Source: Octopus bimaculoides
Taxonomy: Eukaryota
Assembly (NCBI RefSeq): GCF_001194135.2
Contig: NC_068982.1
Span: 144,469,490 to 144,533,489 of the forward strand
DNA: 64,000 nucleotides
Reading direction: 5' to 3'
Shown here: one piece after another, positions 13,350 to 26,429 of the stretch
Layout: each line of letters begins with the position of its first letter
How positions within the stretch are numbered: position 1 is the stretch's first letter
The notes under the pieces: generated by a model
The model's database searches: none
The model's input: only the letters and a program-made list of their open reading frames with translations
What the model was told of the DNA's origin: nothing
Translations under genes and position numbers: made by a program

Positions 13350-14590
13350 TAGAGGAAATCCACTCCAGAGATGTAAAAACCAATAGAAATAGTCATTTTG
13401 ACAGGTTCTTCATAGGTAAAACGTGCCAATATCACGTTTCTTCTTAAGAAGAAATGTAGGAGATAGTGGCTTGAGATCAGAGCAATCAGCCTTCAATTGT
13501 CATATAGTCTCCCTCAGACAGCACTTGCTAGCAGCAAAAATTAATACACTAACTTAGTGCTGAAAAGTAAAGAGAACAATATCCTACATGTTGGCAGCAA
13601 GCTCCTCAGGAAGCACTCTCTTGATGAATTCTCATATAATCTCAAACAGCAGGACTAACATACCTCAAAGACCTGGATATGAAAAGCTCAGCATACCAAA
13701 AAAAAAAAAAAAGACTATGAATGGTATGTTTCTCAAGGACTTGAAGAAGACAGTAATATCAACATGAAATGAAGCTTCTTTTGGACTTGAAACCGCTACA
13801 TCACATTACACTTTGAAGACTATGCATTTGCAATCCAAAGACAGGAGATTGCTACAAAATACCTGATAAACAAAAGAGACAGTGAAGACCTTAGAGCTCC
13901 AAGATGCAACAAAAAATGTAGATTATGTCATATTTATGTGATGAAGACACGTGATAAGCCCAAAAATATTATCAAAGTATTAACTCTCTATGTGACACAA
14001 CATTGTCACAAAAACAATATACAATGCCATTCAGGAAAAAGACTGTCCTGGAATAAATATAGAGAATTCCTGTTATTGAATACATACACAAACATCAACA
14101 CAAGGAATACTGGTGGAACATTCCCATCAAAACATCTGTCAAGTGTAAACATAACAGGCTGGATATTGTTGTTTGGGACGGAGAAGAAAAAGTATCTATC
14201 TGTCATAAAGGTCACTTGTCTTGCTGGTGTGAATATCTCTTTGAAAATCAAAGAGAAATAGGATAACTATGGACGACCGTTTCAAAACTTCCAGCTTCTA
14301 TATTCAGATTATAAATTCATATTTATACTAATAATAATTGGTGCACTTGGCTTTATGAGTAACAGACAGCTTAACAGACAGCTTAACAGACAGTCTGGAT
14401 ATGCTAGGGTTTACAGAAGAAGATATCAACCAACTAATTTGCGCATTACCAATACAATCTGTTAGTAGAACAGTAATAACATGCAAGTTTAAAATGCAAC
14501 ATTGTTTTTGTTATCTACATTCCAATAATGGAACTTTGCGTCTCTGTTAGAAATCAGCTCCTTCCTTGGAAGAAGAACTTAAGTAATTAA
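13350..14590 (+). mobile_element. 5'-truncated, decayed R4/Dong-like RLE non-LTR retrotransposon
   Basis: Frames give FEDYAFAIQRQEIATKYLINKRD, KCRLCH, YWWNIPIKTSVKCKHNRLDIVVWD, VIKVTCLAGVNISLKIKEK*DNYG and YKFIFILIIIGALG. This is the knuckle plus PD-(D/E)xK endonuclease layout of the R4 clade, with frameshifts and stops. Confidence 0.85.
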
Positions 14591-15184
14591 AAACAGAAGA
14601 AAGAGCACAAACGAAAGAACAAGCATGCCTGCATGCATGTAGACAGACAGACAGACATGCCCACACACATACAAATTGTATGTATGCTTTGTTCCGTTCT
14701 GTGTTTTACATATTTTTCTTTTGACTGTGCCAGCAAAGGTTGGAAGGTTATTATGATACAATAAAATGCACCCAGCTGCCCTTCCTGTCACCAACACTTA
14801 TGTATTTATTCATGCAAGGTATTTTCATTCCACTTGTCTACACATGAAACTTGTGAAACCACTGAGTTACTAAATATATCATTTACAAGAGACATAGACA
14901 AATGCATCACTGCTCAAACAGTGTCATGAAGAGAAATGCAGGAAACATTTGACAGGCTCCAGTTCAATTTCTGTCTAAATTACAGAGTAACCTGAGGCCA
15001 TAGTCGAAGACACTTGCTCAAGGTACTATGCAGCAGAAGCAACTGACAGTATAACTTTCAGACATTAATTCTTAATTTATTGAAATTATCTAATCGCTGA
15101 TGGATTTTTCTCCCCTCTTTCACTAACTTAAAGGAACATTTCAATAATTTTTTGCATGCAACATTCACTACATCACTTCTTTAA

Positions 15185-15350
15185 TTCATCATCACCATCC
15201 TTTAACACCTGCTTTCCATGCTTGCATGGGTTGGACAGTTTGACTGGAACTGGTAAGTCAGAAGTCAAACTCCGTCTACTTTGGCATGGTTTCTATGGTT
15301 GGATGCCCTTCCAAATGCCAACCAGTTTACAGAGTGTAGCAAGTGCTTTT
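15185..15350 (-). mobile_element. RTE LINE 3' end fragment
   Basis: CATCATCACCATCCTTTAACACCTGCTTTCCATGCTTGCATGGGTTGGACAG. Confidence 0.75.
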
Positions 15351-15519
15351 TACATGGCGCTAGCAAAGTCATCAAATAACTTGCAAGACTAAACTCCTCA
15401 ACTGAGTGGAGAGGAGAACTGAGAGAGGTGACTTTGACTCAGGTGACAAGAAGTTAGAGTATTATAGAGGGACAGAAACAGGTGTCTTGGGGTAGAGGAA
15501 ATACATGGCTACTCAAAAA

Positions 15520-15787
15520 TATACAATCACATCATTGAAATCTCACAGCTATGAGATAATGCATGATTACCTGACAAGGTGAATAAATAAGTATTGCATT
15601 TGATAGAGTATTCTGCATGCTAAAGAGGGACTAAATTATAACATTCATCTAAATTTCATGCTGTCTTATGTTTCAAACACCAGATTAATAATGATAAAAT
15701 TATTTTCCTAAATTCTTCATTATTTTAAAATTAATTAAAACAAACGCAGTGTATATCTAAACAGAAATATGGTAACAAAAGGGTTAA
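15520..15787. mobile_element. TTAA-type (piggyBac-like) MITE right-end sequence, probably composite
   Basis: Ends ...CAGAAATATGGTAACAAAAGGGTTAA. Internal blocks match MITEs at 34086-34400 and 34486-34694. Confidence 0.65.
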
Positions 15788-16749
15788 GTTATAAATTCAA
15801 TTTCCTGAAATTTGCTTTTTTCTTCTTTGAGAGTTGTTAACAATTACTGCTAGAGATTGTTGTTTTCTCTTTTCTTTTTGTAGGGGGATATTTCACTAGC
15901 TGAAAGGGGAAAATTTAATTAAGAATTTTTTATTTTGTACAAGCATCCAGATATCACCCTGTAACTTCAGTTTACTTAAGATAGAACAAGTAATTTACAA
16001 TATAGTTTAAAGTAGGACATGAAGTTTAGTTAAGACAGCAGAAACAATTTGCAGTATAGTTCAGTTAAGATAAACATCAGTTAAGAACCAATTTACTTAA
16101 ATATTTGAGTTTGGGACAGAACTGCATCATGTCTCTCTAACCATTTAAAACCGAAGAAAAGTAAATCTGTACTTATAAAGTAATCTTTGCACATAATAAA
16201 GCAATTTATTTAGAAGTTGTCACTTTCAACAGAGTAAAAACAGTTCAAACCCAATAGAGATTAAATTATATCTATAAATTAAATCTGCCTAAACAGGAAT
16301 GAAGTTATAATATGAGACAATCACAAAGATTATCTATCAGTAGCCATAAAGAGTATAAGAGTCAGCAAAAACAAACTTCACCAGAAATGCTGTTTGAATA
16401 TAGAATAACGTAGCAAACAATTTTTGTTTTATAATTACAATGTTCCAACATTTAAAGTATCAAGTAACATGAAATGTGAGGTAGGTTCTTGACAATCTAG
16501 TTTTGGTGAGCAGCTGAAAGGCATGAAAATCAAACTGTCCCCATTCTTTCTTAGCTAACATTGCAAAGCAGAGACTAATATACTTTTACATTTGAACTTT
16601 TAATTTATAAACAGTAAATTGATAGATCATCATAAAAAAACAGCTAACAGACAAAAAAGCTTGACAAACACTGACATTGTATATGTCATATTTTGTTTCT
16701 GGCTACCCTTCTTGCAGGAATCTTGCAGGCAATGACCAAGACTTTTGGT

Positions 16750-17210
16750 ATTATGTTCTGCTTGAGAAGAAGACCCATCAAGCCAAGTAAAATCACAGTT
16801 GTGGCAGATACTGGTGTCATGCCAGTGGCACATAAAAGCACCTTTCGAGTGCTGGGCCTCACAGAGGCAAAGACCAAGACCATTTGGCATTATGCTGTGC
16901 TTTGAGCACTGGGCCTCATAGAGGCATTAACTGAGTCCATTTGGCATTATGCCATGCTTGAGAAGACCCATCAAGCCAAGTAAAACTGCAGTCGTGGAAG
17001 ATACCGGTATCACACAAATGGCACCCATGCCAGTGGCACGTAAAAGCACCCATTACACTCTCAGAGTGGTTGGCACTAGAAAGAGCATCCAGCCATAGAA
17101 ACCATGCTAAAACAGACTGGAGTCTGGTGCAGCCTTCCAGCCTGCCAGCCCTGGTCAAACCACCCAACCCATGCCAGCATAGACAATGGACGTTAAATGA
17201 TGATGATGTT
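16750..17210 (+). mobile_element. RTE LINE 3' end with duplicated GAGAAGACCCATCAAGCCAAGT block
   Basis: GAAGACCCATCAAGCCAAGTAAAA occurs at ~16770 and ~16962; ends GACGTTAAATGATGATGATG. Confidence 0.75.
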
Positions 17211-18044
17211 GCAGTCCTGCCCTTTCCCATCAGTTTCAAATACCTTGCAAAAAGATCATAGATGCTTCTTCTTTGTCTGACTAACTCATAAATTATTTTA
17301 ATTTTTAATTCTTTTTTTTTTTATGTGCAGTAAAAATTTTAAAATCTCAAAGATCCAGCAATCATTGGTACACCAGGCATTCTTATTTTGGTACAAGGCC
17401 ACAAATTTATAAAAGCAGCATAATCAATTTAGTTCAGTAGTCAGCATTTAACTGGTATTCATTTTATCAACACTACAAAGCTGAAAGGGTAAGTCAACTG
17501 TGGATTTATTTATAATGACAGTAATTATAACAATGATTTTTACTATAGGCACAAAGTCATACATTTTGTGGGAAGATACAGTTGATTAAATCAACTTGTA
17601 CTTATGTTTCTGACCCAGAAAAGCTGAAAAGTAAAACTGACACTAGCAGTGTCAATTTTACTTTTACTTTACTAAATGTAAAAAAAAAAAAATCTAACTA
17701 AATACTGCCCATACTGGAGACAAATACTACAAAATGGGGTGATGCAAGGAGAAGAGAAACAGGAATTTCACCACCAAAGAAAAGTGCACTTGACAGAAGG
17801 AAAAACCAGTTGTGTCAGTAGAGAGCTCTTTCATATTCAGTTGCTGCATTTGTGACCACCACACCTGTGTGGCCTCAGTAGCCACAGCAATTGTTGTACC
17901 AACAGCAGCAGCTGACACAATTTCTGTGGGTGCAGATACTTGGTCTCTCGGGACCAATGGACACCTACTATAACAATTCTGCCAGCTTGACATCTTAATA
18001 ATAATAATAATAATAATTCATCATCATCATTATTATCATCATTA

Positions 18045-18262
18045 AAATGGCAAGCTGGCAGAATTGTTAGCATACCAGGCAAAATACTTAGCAATATTTT
18101 GTCTGTCTTCACATTCTGAGTTCAAATGCTGCCAAGGTCAACTTTGCCTTTCATCCTTTTGGGCTTGATAAAATAAATACCAGTCAAGTACTGGAGTCGA
18201 TATAACCAACTATGTGGCTCCCCCAAATTTCAGGCCTTGTGCCTGTAATAGAAAGGATTACT
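18045..18262 (+). mobile_element. Short SINE family B
   Basis: GGCAAGCTGGCAGAATTGTTAGCATACCAGGCAAAATACTTAG...TTCTGAGTTCAAAT...AAGGTCAACTTTGCCTTTCATCCTTT; reverse copies at 35030 and 46840. Confidence 0.8.
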
Positions 18263-19539
18263 ATTATTATTATTATTATTATTTGATTGATTGATTGATT
18301 GATTGATTGATAAGGTAGACCATACAAAACCTCTCATGAGTATGTGAATGCTTATCTTCTGTTCTTCACATGAAAATCATTGAGCTATGGACAGTGATAT
18401 CTGTTGACATTTTCTTGTCAACAAATTGTCCAATAGCTCTGCAATGTTGAAGACAGGGAAAATGAAAGCTCCTTTACTTAAAAAACAGGTAAGCCATACT
18501 GAGAGAGAGAAAATCTGGTAAACTATGCCACAATAATAGCTATTCATTTAAACCATGATAAGGAAAGAACACAAAAATGAATGAACGAACACACAGACTC
18601 TCTCACTCCTCCTAAAACATTTCTGAAGAAAGGTTCTTAAAATTATGTATTGTATCTATGAATGAATGAAGAAAAAAAAAAAGAATGATCATTTGAATGT
18701 GACAGACTGAAAATATTACAACAGAAAGAAACATTTTCTTAATAGTCTTTATCATTGTGATTATATTTAAATGATGTTTACATATGAGAGAGATATGCCT
18801 CCAGTCATATGAGTAAATTTTAATTTATACATACCAAGAGTGGTGGATTGGTGGAGTTGTTTGAGTATAGGATAAAATATGTTGTAGTAAGTTATGTTCT
18901 ATCAAATCCTATTGAGGTTAACTTTGCTGTTCATCTTTCTAGGATCAATAAAATAAAGTACCAGACTATGCATCTCCCGCAAATAAGAGACCTTGTAAGA
19001 AACCTATATACATACATACACACACACACACACACACGCATCAAACATACATACACATACATGGACTCATGCACAAACATATATACATTATATCTATAAT
19101 AGGTTTCCGAAAGGTTTCCTAAGTTCAGTCCTTTCTGTCTTAAAGCAACACAGATTTATGGGTAATTTACCTTAAAGGTAAAATAATCCCAATACTTCAT
19201 TAGAGAAGCAGATTGGTCAAGAGAGTCAAAATATAGGACAGCCAGGTTACCAGTCTCGAGTTCAAACCCAATGCAATTATTTTGCTGCATATTTAGATAG
19301 ATCACTTTGTTCTAAGAGCTTCATTGCCAAGAATGTTTATGTCGTTGTTTAGTTCCAAGATACCTCTGATGAAAAAGACCAATGATCAAAACTATTCTAG
19401 TCTCAACCCCTGTCATATTTTCATTTAGAGAGTGTATATATAAGACTACAATATCTAATACGTACTTCTTTTTCGAAGACAGTATGGTGTAATATGAGAA
19501 AGATTTGGTTGGTATTTCAAGCATGATGAGTAACACTTA

Positions 19540-19795
19540 GAGCGGGTGGCACATAAAAGACACCATTTTGAGCATGGCCGTTGCCAGTACCGCCTGACTG
19601 GCCTTCGTGCGGGTGACATATAAAAGCACCCACTACACTCTCAGAGTGGTTGGCGTTAGGAAGGGCATCCAGCTGTAGAAACTCTGCCAAATCAGATTGG
19701 AGCCTGGTGTTGCCATCCGGTTTCACCAGTCCTCAGTCAAATCATCCAATCCATGCTAGCATGGAAAGCGGACGTTAAACGATGATGATGATGAT
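19540..19795 (+). mobile_element. RTE LINE 3' end (young, 5'-truncated)
   Basis: GTGGCACATAAAAGACACC units, AGGAAGGGCATCCAGCTGTAGAAACTCTGCC and GGACGTTAAACGATGATGATG tail. Confidence 0.85.
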
Positions 19796-19906
19796 ATATA
19801 TATATATAGTATTAGAGAAAAGAACCAAAGTTCATGAACTCATTCATTGAGTTTTTACCTGTAAATTATTTGGATGTTTATCCCTAATATTATTATATAT
19901 ATATAT

Positions 19907-19963
<57 letters not shown>

Positions 19964-20063
19964 NNNNNNNNNNNNNNNNNNNNNNNNNNNNNNNNNNNNN
20001 NNNNNNNNNNNNNNNNNNNNNNNNNNNNNNNNNNNNNNNNNNNNNNNNNNNNNNNNNNNNNNN

Positions 20064-20126
<63 letters not shown>

Positions 20127-20662
20127 AAGAGAGATATGTATATATGTAAATACACATAAGGATAAGCATATTAAAAGGGATCCATGAGAAAACTCATTTA
20201 AATAAATGGGTTGGGAACCACTGTGAAAAGGTTGGAAATCACTAACAAGCTGTCAAGAATAGCTACCAGATCTGAGAATGATATATGCAATGGGCTGGCA
20301 TCCTATCCAGAGAAGAATTTCTCATCTACTAATGTAATAAGACCAGAACTGAATAGCAGACTTTTTCAAAGCCCAAGGGGTTTTTAGAAACAAGATATGT
20401 TACATTAGACTAAATATCCAAGAAAGCAGTTTTCAAAACTTCATAATTTCTAGAATTGTATCAATATCTATTAACTGTCTCCTTTGTTCTATGAAATACA
20501 GGGAAACCTCTGCTTACCAAACAATTACATTCCATTATCAAATCTAATGTAGAGGCAAGCTGGCTGGGTAATTAAGACACAGAACTTCTTGCAAATCTAT
20601 TGCAGATATTTTGATTTTGATATATTTTAGAACAAAATACTTCACACATTGTCTCAACTCAC

Positions 20663-20689
20663 CTTATTCCCAGGTCTACGGAAAATTAT
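20663..20689 (-). CDS. Candidate 27-nt micro-exon (IIFRRPGNK) of unidentified gene
   Basis: Minus strand: catgtcttttgcag|ATAATTTTCCGTAGACCTGGGAATAAG|gtgagt. Only the phase-0 frame is open. Confidence 0.55.
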
Positions 20690-20820
20690 CTGCAAAAGAC
20701 ATGTGCTCCATCTAATTAATGACATAAAACCTGAGCAAAGCACTGACTCTTAAATGTTTCTTTAGGAAACATGAGATTATAGTTTATATACACACCAAAG
20801 GAACCCAGTGAAGAACTAAC

Positions 20821-20842
20821 TTTTACGAAAGCTACATCAGCT
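20821..20842 (-). CDS. Candidate 22-nt micro-exon (xADVAFVK)
   Basis: ttttttttttttgtag|AGCTGATGTAGCTTTCGTAAAA|gttagt. Only one frame is open (phase 2 to 0); it joins the 27-nt exon across a 131-nt intron. Confidence 0.5.
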
Positions 20843-21599
20843 CTACAAAAAAAAAAATCAGTTTCCTTAAATGTCATATTATATACACATACATGGGCAC
20901 ATGTGCATACAAATATTTACATGCACACATAAACACGTGCACACTGTATAATGTTGATGTTACAAATCAAGAAAAAGTACTTAAAATAGGAAGAAAATGT
21001 TTACTGGTTTGTTTGAAATTGAATGTTTATGAATTTCTTGCCAAGTGGTTGTCAAATACTTGGGCTTTCTTTATTTGAGATATTCAGTTATCTGATGAAC
21101 ATTTGGCAAAGAACCTTGAGCTATGGAGGGAGTGAACCAGGAAATTTAAATAGGCCATAACACACATACACCATATACAGTCTATTTTATTTTGTGTAAA
21201 AAAGGAAAAAGTTTACTGAATGATATCCAATATTTATTTACAAACAGTTAATCTTTTCCTGAAATTTCAAGCTCTGATAATTATCTTGGCTTTTCCCTTA
21301 AACATGAAAGAAGATAACAGAAATCTCCTTCTGAACAGGCTGAAAAGTCTATTAGAAGCTAACTTCTCACATAATCTGATGCAGCTTGAAGTAACTTGTA
21401 TACCTGTAGCTAGAGTTGAAACTCATTGGAGATATTGCTAAGTATTCATGATATGCATTTAAAGTCAGTACTCCAATCTATGCAACCAAAATACTTCTTT
21501 GTCATACATGACCTTCTAATTTATTTTAACTATTTTTGTTTTAGTTGTTTAAGATGGAGGGGTTGAACCCAAGACCTTCATAGTTCTCAGAGACTGGTG

Positions 21600-22150
21600 G
21601 GATTGATATAGTTGATATTCAGCTAGAATATCAAAATGCCAATGTCTGATGGAAAAATGTGAAGGGAGGTAATTCCAATGAGTTATCACAGAGGAGGAAG
21701 GATTTGGCATAATGGTTAGAGTATCAAGTAAGGCAACAGTGGGAGGAGAGATGGATTAGTCAAGTGAGTTTTGGTAGAGATGGTGTACAAGTTGCTAGTT
21801 CAGAGAAGTAGAGGCGAATGTAGTTGAGCCACAGCAAAAAACCAAATAGGTAATACCAGCAGTTGAATTGATTGCTGGTGAGTGAGCTTTTGCCAATCAA
21901 TAGGAAAGCTTTCTTTTGAATATATCTAAGATGTCTGTGTGAGTTTTAGCAGCACTGTCTCAAATGAGAAAATAGTAAACTATAACATGAACTTTCTGAA
22001 AAATCAGTAACTAATCAGAGTTGAAGTTTTGGACTCTAATGAGGCAAGTTTACCTTGTGTACATAACATAGCAAAATGCAGGTTTAGCAATGTTATGTAC
22101 ATGGGATCACCAAGTAGGATCATTAGATATAGTAGGGATTAGTAGTTCTA
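21600..22150 (-). mobile_element. Decayed CR1/Jockey-like LINE 3' coding end
   Basis: Minus strand gives ...DSAAKTHTDILDIFKRKLSY... and later HYAKSFLLC...WNYLP, resembling the C-terminal region of CR1/Jockey-group ORF2. Many disruptions. Confidence 0.55.
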
Positions 22151-22217
22151 ACAGCTTGTTAGAGTTAGAAGACATAGTAAAATGACTAAAGAACACAGTT
22201 GAGTGAACTGACCTCGA

Positions 22218-22432
22218 TATCATCATCATCATCATCATTTAACGTCCGCATGGGTTGGATGGTTTCACTGAAGACTGGCGAACCAGATGGCTGCACCAGG
22301 CTCCAATTTGATCTAGCAGAGTTTCTACAGCTGGATGCCCTTTCTAACGCCAACCACTCCGAGAGTGTAGTGGCTGCTTTTACGTGCCACCAGCACAAGG
22401 GCCAGTCAGGCGGTACTGGCAATGGCCATGCT
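22218..22432 (-). mobile_element. RTE LINE 3' end running into (CA)n
   Basis: (CAT)n TTTAACGTCCGCATGGGTTGGATGG...CTGGATGCCCTTTCTAACGCCAACCACTCCGAGAGTGTAG. Confidence 0.85.
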
Positions 22433-22447
22433 ACACGCACACACGCA

Positions 22448-22516
<69 letters not shown>

Positions 22517-22689
22517 NNNNNNNNNNNNNNNNNNNNNNNNNNNNNNNNNNNNNNNNNNNNNNNNNNNNNNNNNNNNNCACACACACATACATATACATAC
22601 ATACATATATATATATATACACACACTACTGGTACATATATTATTGAATATGAAAGGTTAAAAGGCAAAGTTAACTCTGCTACAACATG

Positions 22690-23320
22690 TATGCAGTAAA
22701 GCAAAACCCTGAAATAGATATCATAAAGTCTCTGACATTTGAGCTAGCTTATACACAATTTGTCAGTATATTCTCAGGTCTTCCAGGGAGACCCACTGAG
22801 CAGAATCCCAATCAGTCCTCATCTCTGCAAGATACCTCCTCATCTGCTGTCGGCATGTGGCTGACCAACACAAGCCATCAACTTAGCCAGATTCTCAGTG
22901 AAGAGAACACAGTAACAAGCATCCAACTGGGAAAATCAAGCAACGTGGCCAAATAGTCTGAGCTGGCACTCCTGAATTATACAAGTAACAGGACGAAACC
23001 CAGTTTCTGAGTAGTCACTGGTGTGATACAAAATCTGACCAATGGCAACTCATAATCCTGCAAAGCATCCTTGTACCAAAAGAGTTCAGGTAGCTTCTAA
23101 GAGCCCTGGACAGTGTCCAAGTCTCACAACTATAGAGCAGGACAAAGAAGACCAGAGACCTGAAGACTCCAACCTTTGTCCTCCTGCGTAGATACCAGCA
23201 GTGCCAAACACACTTGTCCAATAAGTTCACAACTGCATCCAAGTAATTTTAGGGCTTCAGACTCACAGCTATGAATGTTGCTATGAATCTCACTTCCGAG
23301 ATAAGTGAAGCAGTCACAAC
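22690..23320 (-). mobile_element. Decayed RTE/BovB-like LINE C-terminal fragment (second RTE family)
   Basis: ORF 23015-23242: KVGVFRSLVFFVLLYSCETWTL...LNSFGTRMLCRIM, typical of RTE LLYGCETWTL...L..F...LRRI. Confidence 0.75.
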
Positions 23321-26130
23321 TTTGACATTATGAGTGAGAATGTTGAAACTGCAGGTGAGAATCAAAACTAATTTTGAAGAATTTCTACACTAGAGGGAGA
23401 GATCCTTTATCAGTTATGATAAAGAGCATTCAGTTGCTCAATCAACTGAATTCTTACTTGCAAAATTAGCAATTAAGGTGGTTCAATATTCCATAGAAAC
23501 ACGTACTCTTAACACAATTCTTGGGTCAAATAAGGGTTGGGGCTTTGATCCAGAGATAGAAAGAAAAACAGAAGCAATCTCAAGACTTCAGTGGTACTTT
23601 ATCAACTTTGAAAGTTGATCTCAACAGGATTTGAATTCAGAACACATCTAGAACAAATTATTCTAACTAATGCTCTAATTGACAGCCGATCACTGTCTTA
23701 TGGCTATACTAGAGTACCAAAAGAGTTCATTTTGAATAAAAACCATTGTTTTTTCCACTAGGTACATGGCCTTGTTTGCAGGAGAAAGGTGTAGCTAACT
23801 GAATCAACCCAAGAGTATTAACTTACATTCATAAAGCTCAAATATACATAAGGCTTAACTCCAGCTTTTCTGGTATTTAGCAGAAGAGAGGAAAATCTCT
23901 CCCTGGAGAGGACGCCAGTTTGTCACATGTACCTCTAGTCTGTATTCTCAAAATAAAGTTCATACCTATACACAGAGTAAAATACATGATGTGGATTTGA
24001 ACTCTTCAACATTACCATAATAATCAATTACCTGATTTAACCTCAAAATATAACCAGATAAGTCTTGGTACTATAATGATTCAGTGTTTCTGCACTATCA
24101 TTTCTGTCACTATTTGTTTCCAAACTGCCCTAAATTACATAATGCAGGTAGAACTAACAGTGAATTTGCCTGCCTAAGTTATAAATATATAATAAAAATA
24201 AAAAAATTCAAAAGATCTTGCTGTGATAAGTACTAAAGAAGACATCTGTATCAATGGCATTTTTCATGCCCTATTTGGTATGGAGTCTAATAAAAATTTG
24301 CAAGCCATAAATGACTGAACTATTTATGAAATGTTGAATGGAAATAAAGGTCAAAGGAAATTAACAAAGAACGTGTTAGTATTAATAAAATATTAAGTAA
24401 TATGTTGTTAACTATCTTACAAACAGCAGTGAATACAAGATTTAAATCAGTGGGAATTTTTTTTATACTAATAATTTCTAACAAAAGTATAAGATTGTAA
24501 ACTGAGAATGAATGGGAGTAATTAATTGATTAAATGACTTCCGGTACCTGACTTTTATAATAATGTCTTGTCTATTTTAATAAAGGGAGAGATTTAATTA
24601 CTGTTTCTTTCAGGTTGAATGATATTAAGCTGTGACATAAGACATTACAAAACTATTTCAAGAAACAAAACAGGACAACAATGAGTAGGTGACACTCAAA
24701 GCTGACTGATGCTTTCAACAGATTTTCTTCTAACACTCATAGTCAATATGCCAAAAGATGAACCTTCTGACTAGAGGAATACATCTCTTTCACACATAGC
24801 AAAAAACGGGTATTTCAATCTGATCAGATGAAAACTAGGACATGACACAAGTCAAGCAGTAATAAATAATGGTGATGATCTTCACCACTTTTGTCAGGCT
24901 TTTCAGCGAGTGTCCTCTGGGTAAGACTGGTTATTCTAATCATAGCCTAATTCCAGATTTTAGCCAATGGGGGATGTGGCTGAAACCAAACTCCAGGCAT
25001 CTTAACAGGACCATTGGTCCAGCAAACCATATTTCTGGCTGATGTGGCCTTACATCATCAGATAATGAGCTTCAAGCCCCATTAACTTTTATTTGGTTAA
25101 TGCATGCTCAAGCAACCATTCTGTACAACAATAATAATTCTAACAAAAGTACATGGCCATCAATTTAGGGAATAGTCAATGAAACTGACCCCAGTACTTG
25201 ACTGGTGCATATTTTACTGACCTAGGAACGATGAAGTTTAAATTTAATTTCATTAGGATTTTAACTCTAAATATAGATGGAAGCAGGATTATCATAAAGG
25301 GTGTTAATTTTTTCAAATGGATGTATATTTTGTTAAGTGTGAACAATGTCTTTCAAAAAGGAGAAAATTTTGCCAACACACCTTAAAACTGCTTGATTAA
25401 ACTGAATCAAACATACATACACTCACACACTGGTTAAAATATTTTTTTTTTTGTGGGTTCCAAACATTGTAATGCAATATGAAATAGGAGCAATAGACCA
25501 AAGTATACTGTTAGAGCAATATAGAAGTTTGAAGAAATTACTTAGTTATATGATTATATGATAGCAAAGGAGAATGGGCACCAGCCAGCCCTAAGGTTGG
25601 AGTGAGCTGCACCTGCCTACCTCGGTTGCTATGGCATTAAGGTAGATCTGGCCACCTCCATTAACGGGGACAAAACCAGGATTTAAAACACTGGAAGATA
25701 ATGATGATAGGAGCAGGTTTGATCGTGTGGCTAAGTTTACCTCCCAGCCATATGGTTTTTGGTCCCATAGCAGGGCACCTTGGGCAAGCTTTGTATTATA
25801 GCTCTAGGTCAACTAAAGCCTTGTGAGTGAATTTGGTAGATGGAAACTGAAGGAAGCTCATCATGTGTGTATGTGTGTACATGCAGGTGTTTGTTCAAGT
25901 GTGCTAATGTCTTAATACCATAAGATAGTTGTAAATGAACACCATGATCATACAAGCAAAAAATGATGAAACCTGGGAAAATATTACCTTCCCTGAAAAC
26001 AGGTGAAGGTTGGCAACAAGTAGAGCATCCAGCTGTAGAAAATCAACCTCAACAAATTTTCTGACCCATGCGAGCATGAAAAAGTGGACATTAAATGTTC
26101 ATATTGGTGACATGGAAAAATTTCACTTAC

Positions 26131-26188
26131 ATTACTGAATTTGGAGTCCTTGTTCAGCATTCCTCTTTTATAAAATTAGAGTTACATA
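26131..26188 (-). CDS. Candidate 58-nt exon with strong splice sites; contains ATG (26160) giving MLNKDSKFSN, or a stop in the phase-1 frame
   Basis: gtttctttttatcttttattgcag|TATGTAAC...GGAATGCTGAACAAGGACTCCAAATTCAGTAAT|gtaagtg. No frame is open end to end, so it must be a start, stop or UTR exon if real. Confidence 0.55.
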
Positions 26189-26392
26189 CTGCAATAAAAG
26201 ATAAAAAGAAACTATTAATTAAAAAAAAAAAATTGCAATTATTTTATTTTTCAATATTGGAGACATTGATACCAGAGAGCAGCATATCACTAGAGAGCAT
26301 AATTTAAATGGAGAGAAAGAAATAAAGTAGGGAAAAATATAAGCAGAGTAAAAGAAAGAAACAGACAAACAGACACACACACACACGCACAG

Positions 26393-26429
<37 letters not shown>

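Noticed and set aside
17727-17993. 88-aa minus-strand ORF (SAPTEIVSAAAVGTTIAVATEATQVWWSQ)
   Set aside because: Begins in a SINE-B remnant with no convincing splice sites; more likely repeat-derived.
20821-20842. DVAFVK resembles the transferrin GDVAFVKH motif
   Set aside because: The adjacent in-frame sequence (IIFRRPGNK) does not match transferrin.
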